Shown here in pieces: positions 9,845 through 18,632 of a stretch of 64,000 bases of DNA (positions are counted from its first letter, which is position 1; each line of letters opens with the position of its first letter). This stretch comes from Lentisphaerota bacterium. GTDB lineage: Bacteria; Verrucomicrobiota; Kiritimatiellia; Kiritimatiellales; Pontiellaceae. The notes under the pieces were generated by a model. That model was not told the DNA's origin. It did not search any database and saw only the letters and a program-made list of their open reading frames with translations. A program made the position numbers and the translations under genes. Where the stretch lies: NCBI GenBank assembly GCA_012729265.1, contig JAAYDL010000060.1, positions 3,015 through 67,014 of the forward strand, given 5' to 3'.

Positions 9845-9875
9845 TTTTCCGATGTGATGGCGTTCACTGCCGTCC

Positions 9876-10310
9876 TCATGCAAGCTTCACGTTCACCGGC
9901 GTGGCATTCATGAGATTTTCGGAAACCGGGCAGCGGCGGTCCACCTCGTGAATAAAGGCTTCCTTTTCTTCCGCGCTCAGGTTCGCATCCACATCGACAC
10001 TGACCGTGATGCCTTCAAACCCGACGCGACCGTCGATCGGCTTGCCCAGCAGTCCATCGGTATCGAGCGGGCCCTCGACCTTAATTCGCATGCCGCGCAG
10101 TTCAATTCGTTTCTGCATAGCAACAATCCGGCCGATCGAACCGATACAGCCCGCCAGCGAAGCAAAGAGCAGTTCCAACGGAGTCGGCCCGGTATCGTTA
10201 CCGCCCGCATTGGTCGGCTGGTCAATTATTATTCGATGTCCGCGAATGTCGGATTCGATCACAAATTTTTCGTTCAGCGTCGATTCAACAACCACCGTTT
10301 TTTTTGCCAT
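9876..10310 (-). CDS. OsmC/Ohr family protein
   Basis: GPTPLELLFASLAGC and RRCPVSENL conserved cysteines. Confidence 0.9.
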   Translation of the reverse strand: MAKKTVVVESTLNEKFVIESDIRGHRIIIDQPTNAGGNDTGPTPLELLFASLAGCIGSIGRIVAMQKRIELRGMRIKVEGPLDTDGLLGKPIDGRVGFEGITVSVDVDANLSAEEKEAFIHEVDRRCPVSENLMNATPVNVKLA

Positions 10311-10424
10311 GACACCTCCCTTTCAAGGAAATTGCATATTTTGCGGTTCTGCAACTTCCAGTTATCCGTTAAAAATTAATCGTTATCCGTGGAATTCACT
10401 ACATTTCGAGCGCTTAGCTCTGAA

Positions 10425-11141
10425 CTACCGACTCGCATCTTTATCTTCCGACAACGCCGACCGTTCTTCCAGCACATAACCCACTCCACGTTCGGTATGA
10501 ATCAGCGGAATTCCAAACGGTTTATCCACCTTAGTGCGCAGGTGGTGCATACGAACCTCAACTATATTGGTGTCCGGTTCAAAATTCAGATCCCAGATCT
10601 TTTTCATAATTTCCGTTTTGGAGAGCACCTGACCTTTGTTGTGCGCCATATAATGGAGCAGCTTAAACTCCAGCGGCTGGAGGAAAATCTCGACCGAACC
10701 GCGATACGCCTTTTGCCGCACCAGATCGAGCCGCAAATCCGCAACGCGCAGTTCGGTTCCTGAAGTTTCTTCTAGGCGATTGCGCCGCATGAGTGCCTCG
10801 CAACGAGCCAACAGCTCCGCGAAGGAAAACGGTTTGGTTAAATAGTCATCCGCCCCTACCTGCAGCCCCTTAACGCGGTCATCGACCAGTGATTTTGCGC
10901 TCAGAAAAAGAATCGGCGTACGCTCATCCGTTTTCCGCAGTTGCTCAACCAGATCAAATCCGCTCATACCGGGGAGCCCGACATCGCAGATAACCAACCC
11001 ATATTCAGAATCGTTGATGCAGCAGATGGCCTCTTCCGCCGACGTGGCGAGATCCACCGCATAGCCTTCAGCACGCAACCCGCCGGTAACATAAGTCGCC
11101 ATGGCTGAATTATCTTCTATGAGCAATACGTGCGCACCCAT
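10425..11141 (-). CDS. OmpR/CusR-family response regulator; no cognate kinase nearby
   Basis: LLIED, ICDVGLPGMSG, GADDYLTKPF and a winged helix ending IHTERGVGY. Confidence 0.92.
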   Translation of the reverse strand: MGAHVLLIEDNSAMATYVTGGLRAEGYAVDLATSAEEAICCINDSEYGLVICDVGLPGMSGFDLVEQLRKTDERTPILFLSAKSLVDDRVKGLQVGADDYLTKPFSFAELLARCEALMRRNRLEETSGTELRVADLRLDLVRQKAYRGSVEIFLQPLEFKLLHYMAHNKGQVLSKTEIMKKIWDLNFEPDTNIVEVRMHHLRTKVDKPFGIPLIHTERGVGYVLEERSALSEDKDASR

Positions 11142-11244
11142 TGTTGTATCGACCTTTCTTCTCAGAATCTCGACTTTTGTAAGCTACTACGATCGAGCGC
11201 GGAATCCAGCAGAAATAGGATTTAAAACAACCGATACTTCCGAG

Positions 11245-12612
11245 CTATTCCCCGACCAGATCATAGCCTTCCACATCAACGACTTCGATAGCAACAAATG
11301 TGCCAACCAACAGTTCATCGTCCACAAAAACATTGCAGTCAATCTCCGGCGCATCCCAGACTGAGCGGGCTACACCGGGCGCATCTACCAACACACGAAG
11401 CTTTTCGCCAATGCGCATTTCATTGTTTTCCTCGGCCAGCTCGGAGAGTCGGCGCATCAGCGTATCCCAGCGGGCATGACGGGTATCGTCGTCGACCATG
11501 CCCACTTCGATGTCGTACGCGCGGGTATCCTCTTCTCGGGAATATTCAAACACACCGACACGCTCAAAACGGAACTCTTCGCAAAATTCGATCAACTCCT
11601 TAAAATCCGCATCGGTTTCGCCGGGGAAGCCGACGATAAAGGCAGTACGAATGCCGAGGCCGGGAATCTTTTCGCGCATTTGGCGGATAAGGTTACGAAT
11701 GTAAGCGCCGTCGGTTTCGCGTTGCATTGCTGAGAGCATGTTGTCGGAAATATGTTGCAGCGGAATATCGACATAAGGCACAACCTTTTTGCTCGCAGCA
11801 ATCGTTTCCATCAGCTCGATGCTCCAGTGCGCCGGGTGGGTGTAGAGCAGGCGGATCCAGAAGTCGCCTTCGATGGCTTCCAGTTCGCGCAGCAGCGTGG
11901 TTAGACTTTCGCCGCGTGAAGAATCGACTCCGCTGCGCGGCGTGGCGCTTTTCCCTTCCCATTTGTCCATACCGTAATAGGTCGTGTCCTGCGAAATCAG
12001 GTTGATCTCCTTACAGCCCTGCTCCACGAGGCTCGTTACTTCACAGACAATATCAGCCTGAGCGCGGCTGCGGTGACGTCCGCGAATCTTTGGAATCACA
12101 CAAAAGGAACAGGGATGATTGCAACCCTCCGCGATTTTTACGTATGCGCTGTGCGCATCGGTCAGGCGCAGCCGGGGCGTTTCATGGCTCGGAATATATG
12201 TTGACGCAGAGGAAACGTAGGAGACGCCCTTTGCACAATCCTTTGTCATCAGCTCCTGAATAATGCAGGCCACGCTCTCGACCTGATCGAGGCCAATATA
12301 CGCGTCCACCTCCGGCAGCTGCTCCGGAAGGCGCTCGGCATAGCGCTGGGCCAAACAGCCCGCCACGATAATTTTTTGGCGGCGGCGCCCATGCTTGCGG
12401 CGCTCCTTAATCAACTCCTCAATCGTGCCGATGCTCTCCGCCTTGGCATCGTCGACGAAGCAGCAGGTATTCACAATCAACACATCGGCATCCGCCGCAT
12501 CGGCGGTAATCGCCATACCCGCTTCACCCAGACTGCCCATCATCACTTCAGCATCCACCAGATTTTTTGCGCAGCCCAGCGACACCATCCCGACTTTAAG
12601 TTCTCTGCTCAT
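11245..12612 (-). CDS. rimO: Ribosomal protein S12 methylthiotransferase
   Basis: SLGCAKNLVD, NTCCF, KIAEGCNHPCSFC radical-SAM motif, DIPLQH, TRAM domain. Confidence 0.95.
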   Translation of the reverse strand: MSRELKVGMVSLGCAKNLVDAEVMMGSLGEAGMAITADAADADVLIVNTCCFVDDAKAESIGTIEELIKERRKHGRRRQKIIVAGCLAQRYAERLPEQLPEVDAYIGLDQVESVACIIQELMTKDCAKGVSYVSSASTYIPSHETPRLRLTDAHSAYVKIAEGCNHPCSFCVIPKIRGRHRSRAQADIVCEVTSLVEQGCKEINLISQDTTYYGMDKWEGKSATPRSGVDSSRGESLTTLLRELEAIEGDFWIRLLYTHPAHWSIELMETIAASKKVVPYVDIPLQHISDNMLSAMQRETDGAYIRNLIRQMREKIPGLGIRTAFIVGFPGETDADFKELIEFCEEFRFERVGVFEYSREEDTRAYDIEVGMVDDDTRHARWDTLMRRLSELAEENNEMRIGEKLRVLVDAPGVARSVWDAPEIDCNVFVDDELLVGTFVAIEVVDVEGYDLVGE

Positions 12613-12709
12613 ACCTCTCCTCTGAAAATCAGCGCACACCTTAGCCATCCCGCGCTTCCGATGCACGGGGAAAGCACTCTTATCGTTTACGCGAGAACGC
12701 GGTCTGTGT

Positions 12710-14539
12710 TTACGCTTCTGGATTCATTACGCGACCGATGAAGAGGATTGTGCCGGTCGTATTTTCCCGGATGCAGAAGAGAAACGGTCGGTCGGCGGTA
12801 AACTGCCTGGGCGGTGCAGGCACAGAACGAAGCTTCATGACAACGGCGGTTGCGGCCGCGGCTTCGGTCCCCTCTTCGTTGACCTCAACGAAAGCCTTGT
12901 GGAGCACTGCGCTGATGAAGAGCTCGCGCGTGCCGTCCATGCCGGAAAAGTCCGCTGCACCTGAAAAGGCATCCTTCATACCCATCTGCTGCAAGGTGCC
13001 GCCAAGGTCAAACGACGATTCGAGCTTAAACTTCGGCAGGTTGACGACCAGTTCCTGCTTGCGGAACGGCAACCCGGAAAGGGTGTCCGGGGAAAGCTTT
13101 TGTTCGAGTGAACCCAGCGTGTTGCCGTTCGAAGGCAGGAGAATCAGCATGGAAAGATCACCGCCGTCGTAGGCAAGTTCCAGCGCCTCGAAATCATCCG
13201 TTTCGGCAAAACCAAAATCGGCCTTTTGCGACATCATCGGCACTTGGACGCTTTTCTCTTCGGTCAGATGAAACGGGGCGTCATGCGTGGCTTCAGCATC
13301 AAACGGGCTGGCCCAGTCGCCCTTGAAATAGATGGCGTTGACGAGGACGAGACGGGTGAGCGAATCAAGCACGCCTTCTCCGATCAGATTCTTGATCTTG
13401 TCCTTGGTTTGATCTTCAACCCAAGTGTTGATCTGCTGACGGGTAGCTTCCGTGTTCGCGAAATCAACAGGCCGTACTTCGCTGCCATACTGCTTTTTTG
13501 TGAGTTCAAGAAATTCATCGCGGAAGGAATAATCCTTCTGTGGCCAGAGGGCGTTGGCGACGGACAGCTGGACGCCGCCCTTTTTCTCGATGTCGGCCAG
13601 CGTATTGCGCAGGTGGGGAAAAGCGGGATGGGTGGCGTCGGGGCCGCCGAAATGAAGGACGTTGTTCATTTGCGTGGCGGTTTCGCCGCGCGCCCCGCCG
13701 TAGGTCATGGCGAGCGCGGACGAGATGGAATAGGGCGAAAAGAAAAGGTTGCCGGCATTTTGCGCCGCAAGCTTTTGGTAGAGATCGAAGGCCAGCCTAT
13801 TCACGGATTCGGAAGGAGCGAAGGCTTCGGCGGTGGGTTCTTCTTCAGCGATCGGCGGGCCGTTGATCCACTCGAGATCGTTGATGACTAAGGTCGTTTT
13901 TGAGCCCGTTTTTTGATCGGTCAGCTCCAGATCCTTTGCGATCCACATCTCTTCCATTTTTTTGATGCTGACAATTTTGAGTCGGCTGAGCTCTTTCCCT
14001 TTGGAATCGAGGGTGCGGGCTTCCAGGAGCATGCCCATCTCCTTTTCAATCCATAGCCGCATGGTGTTTTTAGAGTCGGGTACGGGCACTTCAACCACGT
14101 AGCAGTCGCGCTGAATCTTTGTTTCTTCGCCGGTCAGTTTGGCGTTGGGCCACCAGAGAACGGAAAAGCTGAGATCGGCCCAACTGATCCCGGTATTCAA
14201 AACGGTGTCGGTCGGCTTGTTTTTTGAATTGGAGAAGGCGTAGCTGGGCTTTTCATTATTCCAAGTGATGGTGAGCTGCTCATAGTCTTTGCTGCCGGGC
14301 TCTCCGAGGCGGTATACGGCGGTCGGTGCAGCGGCGCCCCAGTCGAGTTCCATCACCGTTGGAATGTTGGCGCTGGTAAATCCGTTTTTGGCTTTCACCT
14401 TCAGCGAGCCGGTCAGTTTGAGCGGTTCGTTGGGGAGATTTTCGCGGACAAAGCGGAGGATCTCATCGCCGGTCGGGGTTTGGGCATGAGCGCTGATAAC
14501 AGCGGCAAAAATTACAATGAGCGACAGCCATTTTTTCAT
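12710..14539 (-). CDS. Secreted fusion protein: LolA-like (outer-membrane lipoprotein-sorting-type) domain + serpin
   Basis: Signal peptide MKKWLSLIVIFAAVISAHA; LolA-like region (RDCYVVE...MRLWIEKE..LLEARTLD...WIAKDLEL); serpin motifs NLFFSPYSISSALAM, LVNAIYFKGDW, EEGTEAAAAT, FTADRPFLF. Confidence 0.85.
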   Translation of the reverse strand: MKKWLSLIVIFAAVISAHAQTPTGDEILRFVRENLPNEPLKLTGSLKVKAKNGFTSANIPTVMELDWGAAAPTAVYRLGEPGSKDYEQLTITWNNEKPSYAFSNSKNKPTDTVLNTGISWADLSFSVLWWPNAKLTGEETKIQRDCYVVEVPVPDSKNTMRLWIEKEMGMLLEARTLDSKGKELSRLKIVSIKKMEEMWIAKDLELTDQKTGSKTTLVINDLEWINGPPIAEEEPTAEAFAPSESVNRLAFDLYQKLAAQNAGNLFFSPYSISSALAMTYGGARGETATQMNNVLHFGGPDATHPAFPHLRNTLADIEKKGGVQLSVANALWPQKDYSFRDEFLELTKKQYGSEVRPVDFANTEATRQQINTWVEDQTKDKIKNLIGEGVLDSLTRLVLVNAIYFKGDWASPFDAEATHDAPFHLTEEKSVQVPMMSQKADFGFAETDDFEALELAYDGGDLSMLILLPSNGNTLGSLEQKLSPDTLSGLPFRKQELVVNLPKFKLESSFDLGGTLQQMGMKDAFSGAADFSGMDGTRELFISAVLHKAFVEVNEEGTEAAAATAVVMKLRSVPAPPRQFTADRPFLFCIRENTTGTILFIGRVMNPEA

Positions 14540-14630
14540 TTCTAGCAACTCCTTCTCTGTCGGGATTCGACAAAATGATTTTGGACAAAATAATTCAAAA
14601 AGCACCTGCGGGAAATCATTCTGTCCCAAA

Positions 14631-17021
14631 TTATTTTGTCGAAGTTTCGGACAGCTTCAGCGCATAGCGCAACGCCTGATCCACATTCTTAACGGTTTTA
14701 AATGACAACGTCGCCTTTATTTCGTTCGGAATTTCCTCCAGATCGACCTTGTTTTTTTCAGGCAGCAGAATGTGTTTGATTCCGGCACGTGCGGCGGCGA
14801 GCACTTTTTCTTTGACGCCGCCCACGGGCATCACGCGGCCGCGCAGGGAAATTTCGCCGGTCATGGCCAGATCGGGGCGAATGGGTTTGTTGATCAGCAT
14901 CGAGAGCATCGCCAGCGAAATCGCGACACCAGCGGACGGACCGTCTTTGGGCGTAGCGCCGGCGGGCACGTGGAGATGAATATCGCTCTTAGCGATCAGC
15001 TCTTCGTCGAGCTTAAAGGTCGCGGCGTTGGCGCGCAGGTAGCTGAGCGCGGCGCGGGCCGATTCCTTCATGACAGTACCGAGCGAGCCGGTAAGAATGA
15101 GTTCACCTTTGCCGGACATGCGAGTGGCCTCGATGAAGAGAATGTCGCCGCCGACGGGCGTCCACGCGAGGCCGGACACGACACCGGGCAACGCTTTGTT
15201 TTCGGCAACGTCTCGATCCACTTTGACCGGACCGAGAAAGCTCTTGAGCTTACGCGCTGTAATTTCTGTCGGGCGGGTTTTCCCTTCGGCCACGCCGCGC
15301 GCGACCTTGCGACATACGGCAGCGATTCGACGTTCGAGGTTACGAACCCCGGCCTCGGCGGTATATCCGGAAATGATGCCTTCAAGTGCTTCCGGCTCAA
15401 ATTTAATCTGTGTCCGCTTTAGACCGTGCTCCTTGATCGCCTTGGGAACGAGGTGGCGCTGAGCGATCTTCTTTTTCTCTTCCAGTGTATAGCCGGGAAT
15501 ACGGATGACTTCCATACGATCGCGCAGCGGACCCGGAATGGTGTCGAGCTGGTTGGCGGTAGTGATGAAAAGTACCTTCGAGAGGTCAAACGAGACGTCA
15601 AGATAGCGGTCGCTAAATGCGCAGTTTTGTTCGGGATCGAGCACTTCCAGCAGCGCAGAGGCAGGATCACCCCGAAAATCGGTGCCGACCTTATCGATCT
15701 CATCGAGCATGAATACGGGGTTGTTGGTTCCGCACCGTCGCAGATTTTCAATGATGCGGCCGGGCATGGAGCCGATGTAGGTGCGGCGATGTCCGCGGAT
15801 TTCGGATTCGTCGTGCATGCCGCCGAGCGATATCCGGACGAATTCGCGTCCTAATGCGTGCGCAACGGATCGTCCGAGCGAGGTTTTACCGACGCCAGGC
15901 GGTCCTGCAAGACAGAGGATCGGGCCCTTCATATCCTTCTTGAGTTTAAGGACGGAGAGATATTCAAGGATGCGTTCCTTCACCTTTTCGAGCCCTTGGT
16001 GATCCTTATCGAGGATCTTTTGTGCGGCGATGATGTCGATATCGTCTTCGGTGCTCTTACTCCACGGCAGCTCCGCGATGGTGTCGAGATAGGTGCGGAT
16101 AACGCCGTGCTCGGGCGACGCAGAGGGAATCGCTTTTAGGCGCTGGAGTTCGCGGTCGGCTGCGGCGGCCGCTTCTTTCGGCAGTTTGGCCTCGCTGAGT
16201 TTTTGCTCCAACTCCTGAATCTCAGCGGTCTGCTGATCGTTTTCGCCGAGTTCTTTCTGAATGGTTTTGAGCTGCTCGCGCAGAAAGATTTCGCGCTGAG
16301 TTTTGGAGAAGGTTTCGTGCACCTTGCTCTGGATTTTGTTACCGAGTTTCAGCACCTCCTGCTCGCGGTTCAGGTGTTCCATCAGGCGCTCAAGACGCAC
16401 CGCAACCGAGTTTTCGGACAGCAGACGCTGGCGCTCCTCGATCGAAATGGGGAGATTGGCGGTAATCAGGTCGGCGAGCTGTGCAGATGATTCCATATTA
16501 AAAACGGCAATAGCCAGTTCGTCAGGCAGATTGGGCGACATCGTCACAATCTGCTGAAACCTTTCCGAAGCGTTGCGTTCCAGTGCTTCGAGCTCAATCG
16601 ATTCTTCGGCAATCTCTTCGACCATGCGGTAATGCGCGGTCGGATATTCTTCGCCGTCGAGCAGCTCTTCCAGCTCGCAGCGAGAGAGTCCTTCGACCAA
16701 AATGTGGGTTGAACCATCAGGAAAAACGAGGGTTTTGATCAGCCGGGCCACGCAGCCGACTTTATAGACGTCGTCCGCAGTGAGGTGCGCTTCGTCGAGC
16801 TCGTCTCGGCGCTGGAGCGCGGTGATGAAATGTGGTGTACGTTTAGAGAGTTCCCTGACCAGTTTTTTGGATTCGTCGGACGTAATCACCAGCGGGGCGA
16901 CCATGTGAGGAAAAAGGACAAAGTTATTGAGCGGCATAACCGGAAGAATATCCGGCACGCTCTTCGTCTCAGGTACGACTTCCATTTCATCGACGTTGTT
17001 GTTTTCTTCTTGTGCACTCAT
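14631..17021 (-). CDS. lon: ATP-dependent Lon protease
   Basis: LON N-domain, GPPGVGKTS Walker A, HRRTYIGSMPG, PKDGPSAG catalytic Ser. Confidence 0.97.
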   Translation of the reverse strand: MSAQEENNNVDEMEVVPETKSVPDILPVMPLNNFVLFPHMVAPLVITSDESKKLVRELSKRTPHFITALQRRDELDEAHLTADDVYKVGCVARLIKTLVFPDGSTHILVEGLSRCELEELLDGEEYPTAHYRMVEEIAEESIELEALERNASERFQQIVTMSPNLPDELAIAVFNMESSAQLADLITANLPISIEERQRLLSENSVAVRLERLMEHLNREQEVLKLGNKIQSKVHETFSKTQREIFLREQLKTIQKELGENDQQTAEIQELEQKLSEAKLPKEAAAAADRELQRLKAIPSASPEHGVIRTYLDTIAELPWSKSTEDDIDIIAAQKILDKDHQGLEKVKERILEYLSVLKLKKDMKGPILCLAGPPGVGKTSLGRSVAHALGREFVRISLGGMHDESEIRGHRRTYIGSMPGRIIENLRRCGTNNPVFMLDEIDKVGTDFRGDPASALLEVLDPEQNCAFSDRYLDVSFDLSKVLFITTANQLDTIPGPLRDRMEVIRIPGYTLEEKKKIAQRHLVPKAIKEHGLKRTQIKFEPEALEGIISGYTAEAGVRNLERRIAAVCRKVARGVAEGKTRPTEITARKLKSFLGPVKVDRDVAENKALPGVVSGLAWTPVGGDILFIEATRMSGKGELILTGSLGTVMKESARAALSYLRANAATFKLDEELIAKSDIHLHVPAGATPKDGPSAGVAISLAMLSMLINKPIRPDLAMTGEISLRGRVMPVGGVKEKVLAAARAGIKHILLPEKNKVDLEEIPNEIKATLSFKTVKNVDQALRYALKLSETSTK

Positions 17022-17168
17022 TTGAAAAGAGGGGCTTCTCCGTGTTGTTAAATAAATTGGTTTTTATCGTCCCCTATCCAAACGATAAACCGTGCCGTCG
17101 GCAATCGAATAATCGTGATTAAATCGCCGCAATGTTCACCAGCCGCGCTACTCTTGTGAACGGCTTCC

Positions 17169-18326
17169 CTACCATGGCGTTAAATCCCGCAGAAGGCCAG
17201 CCATGGAAACAGCGCGGATTCCCTCGGCAAGAGGGAACGTATGATCCCCCGCATGGATGACATCCAATTGGGTTAGTTTCAGATCGTTCAAGGCATGTCG
17301 CATGGATGGTGTGACTCGGGGCGCAGACGTGCGCTTGATCTCAAAGCCATGCCGTTTGCGCCCGCGGACGATCAGAAGGTCGAGTTCCGCACCGGCATGG
17401 GTTGCCCAGAAATAGCATTCCTCGGGGCGCGCACCCATGTGCCGGATCACCTGATCCATGATGAACCCCTCCCACGAGGCTCCGCATTTGGGATGCGCCT
17501 CCAGATCGGCAGGTTCCGGCAGATTGAGAAGCGCATGGAAGATTCCACTGTCCGAAATATAGACCTTGGGGGACTTGACCTGTCGCTTGGATATATTCTC
17601 ATGCCACGGCAGCAATTGCCGCACAACCAATGCGGAGGTAAGCTGGTCCAGATAGTTCCTGACGGTTGTATCCGCCACTCCGAACGACCGCGCCAGATCG
17701 GAGGAGTTCCACGTCTGGCCGTGGTAATGGGCCAGCATGGTCCAAAACCGGCGCATTGTTGCTGCGCCCACACCGATCCCCAATTGCGGAAGATCCTTTT
17801 CCAGGAATGTGCGAATATATCCTGTTCTGTTTTCAAAGCTTTCCTTTTGCGACCGGGCCAAAAACGAACGCGGAAGGCCGCCGCGAAACCAAAGTCTGTC
17901 CGCGTTTTCGATGCCAACCTCCTCCAGGGAAAAACCGCCAAGCTCGTGGTAATAGATCCGACCGGCCAAGGTTTCCGAACTCTGTCGCAGCAGCTCCGGC
18001 GAAGCGCTTCCAATAATCACGAACCGGGCCGGGCTGGGCGTTCGGTCCGCCAGCACCCGCAAAACAGGAAAGAGGTCCGGATGGCGCTGAACCTCATCAA
18101 TGACCACGATGCCGGACAGGTTTTTAAGCGCCAGCATTGGTTCCGCCAACCGGGCCAGATCATCCGGATTCTCCAGATCAAAAACGTGGAACGGCTGCCC
18201 GGCGGTTTTCAGGTATTCATTTACCAGAGTGGATTTCCCAACCTGCCGGGCACCGATGATACCGACCACCCGGTGCCGTTCCAACAGTCCGGCCAGCATC
18301 TCCAGCTCTTTTTTTCGTTCAATCAT
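17169..18326 (-). CDS. AAA_14 ATPase with DUF4143 C-terminal domain
   Basis: GARQVGKST, IDEVQR, GSAS, RGGLP, KSPKVYISDSG, ELDLL, FEIK. Confidence 0.9.
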   Translation of the reverse strand: MIERKKELEMLAGLLERHRVVGIIGARQVGKSTLVNEYLKTAGQPFHVFDLENPDDLARLAEPMLALKNLSGIVVIDEVQRHPDLFPVLRVLADRTPSPARFVIIGSASPELLRQSSETLAGRIYYHELGGFSLEEVGIENADRLWFRGGLPRSFLARSQKESFENRTGYIRTFLEKDLPQLGIGVGAATMRRFWTMLAHYHGQTWNSSDLARSFGVADTTVRNYLDQLTSALVVRQLLPWHENISKRQVKSPKVYISDSGIFHALLNLPEPADLEAHPKCGASWEGFIMDQVIRHMGARPEECYFWATHAGAELDLLIVRGRKRHGFEIKRTSAPRVTPSMRHALNDLKLTQLDVIHAGDHTFPLAEGIRAVSMAGLLRDLTPW

Positions 18327-18334
18327 GCACCTCT

Positions 18335-18379
18335 ATTACCTTGAAAATCCGGTCTTGTAAACCGGATTTTCAAGGTAAT
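18335..18379. promoter_or_regulatory. Perfect 19-bp inverted repeat (operator-like) upstream of the AAA_14/DUF4143 gene
   Basis: ATTACCTTGAAAATCCGGT-cttgtaa-ACCGGATTTTCAAGGTAAT, ending 9 bp before the ATG at 18326. Confidence 0.65.
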
Positions 18380-18632
18380 TAACAAAACAGCGCAATGAGA
18401 TGTTCAAATAATGCATATATAAATGGATTCTATGCCTCTTTTGCACTGTAAAAACAGGCAGTGTATTTGCTGAAAAAGTTCTATCGATCCATGCACATAG
18501 CGCTCTTGAGCCCTGCTCGCAAAAGGAATCAGAGATTTCAGCACCCAAACCTAAATACATTTAGATAATATAGAATAAAACTGTTAAATTAAGGTTTATA
18601 TAAGGCAATTTCCGGTAATACGAAAAGAAGAG

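Noticed and set aside
10425-11141. Orphan response regulator as a novelty
   Set aside because: Ordinary OmpR-family protein; orphan regulators are common.
17295-18344. 349-aa plus-strand ORF
   Set aside because: Antisense to the motif-supported AAA_14/DUF4143 gene.
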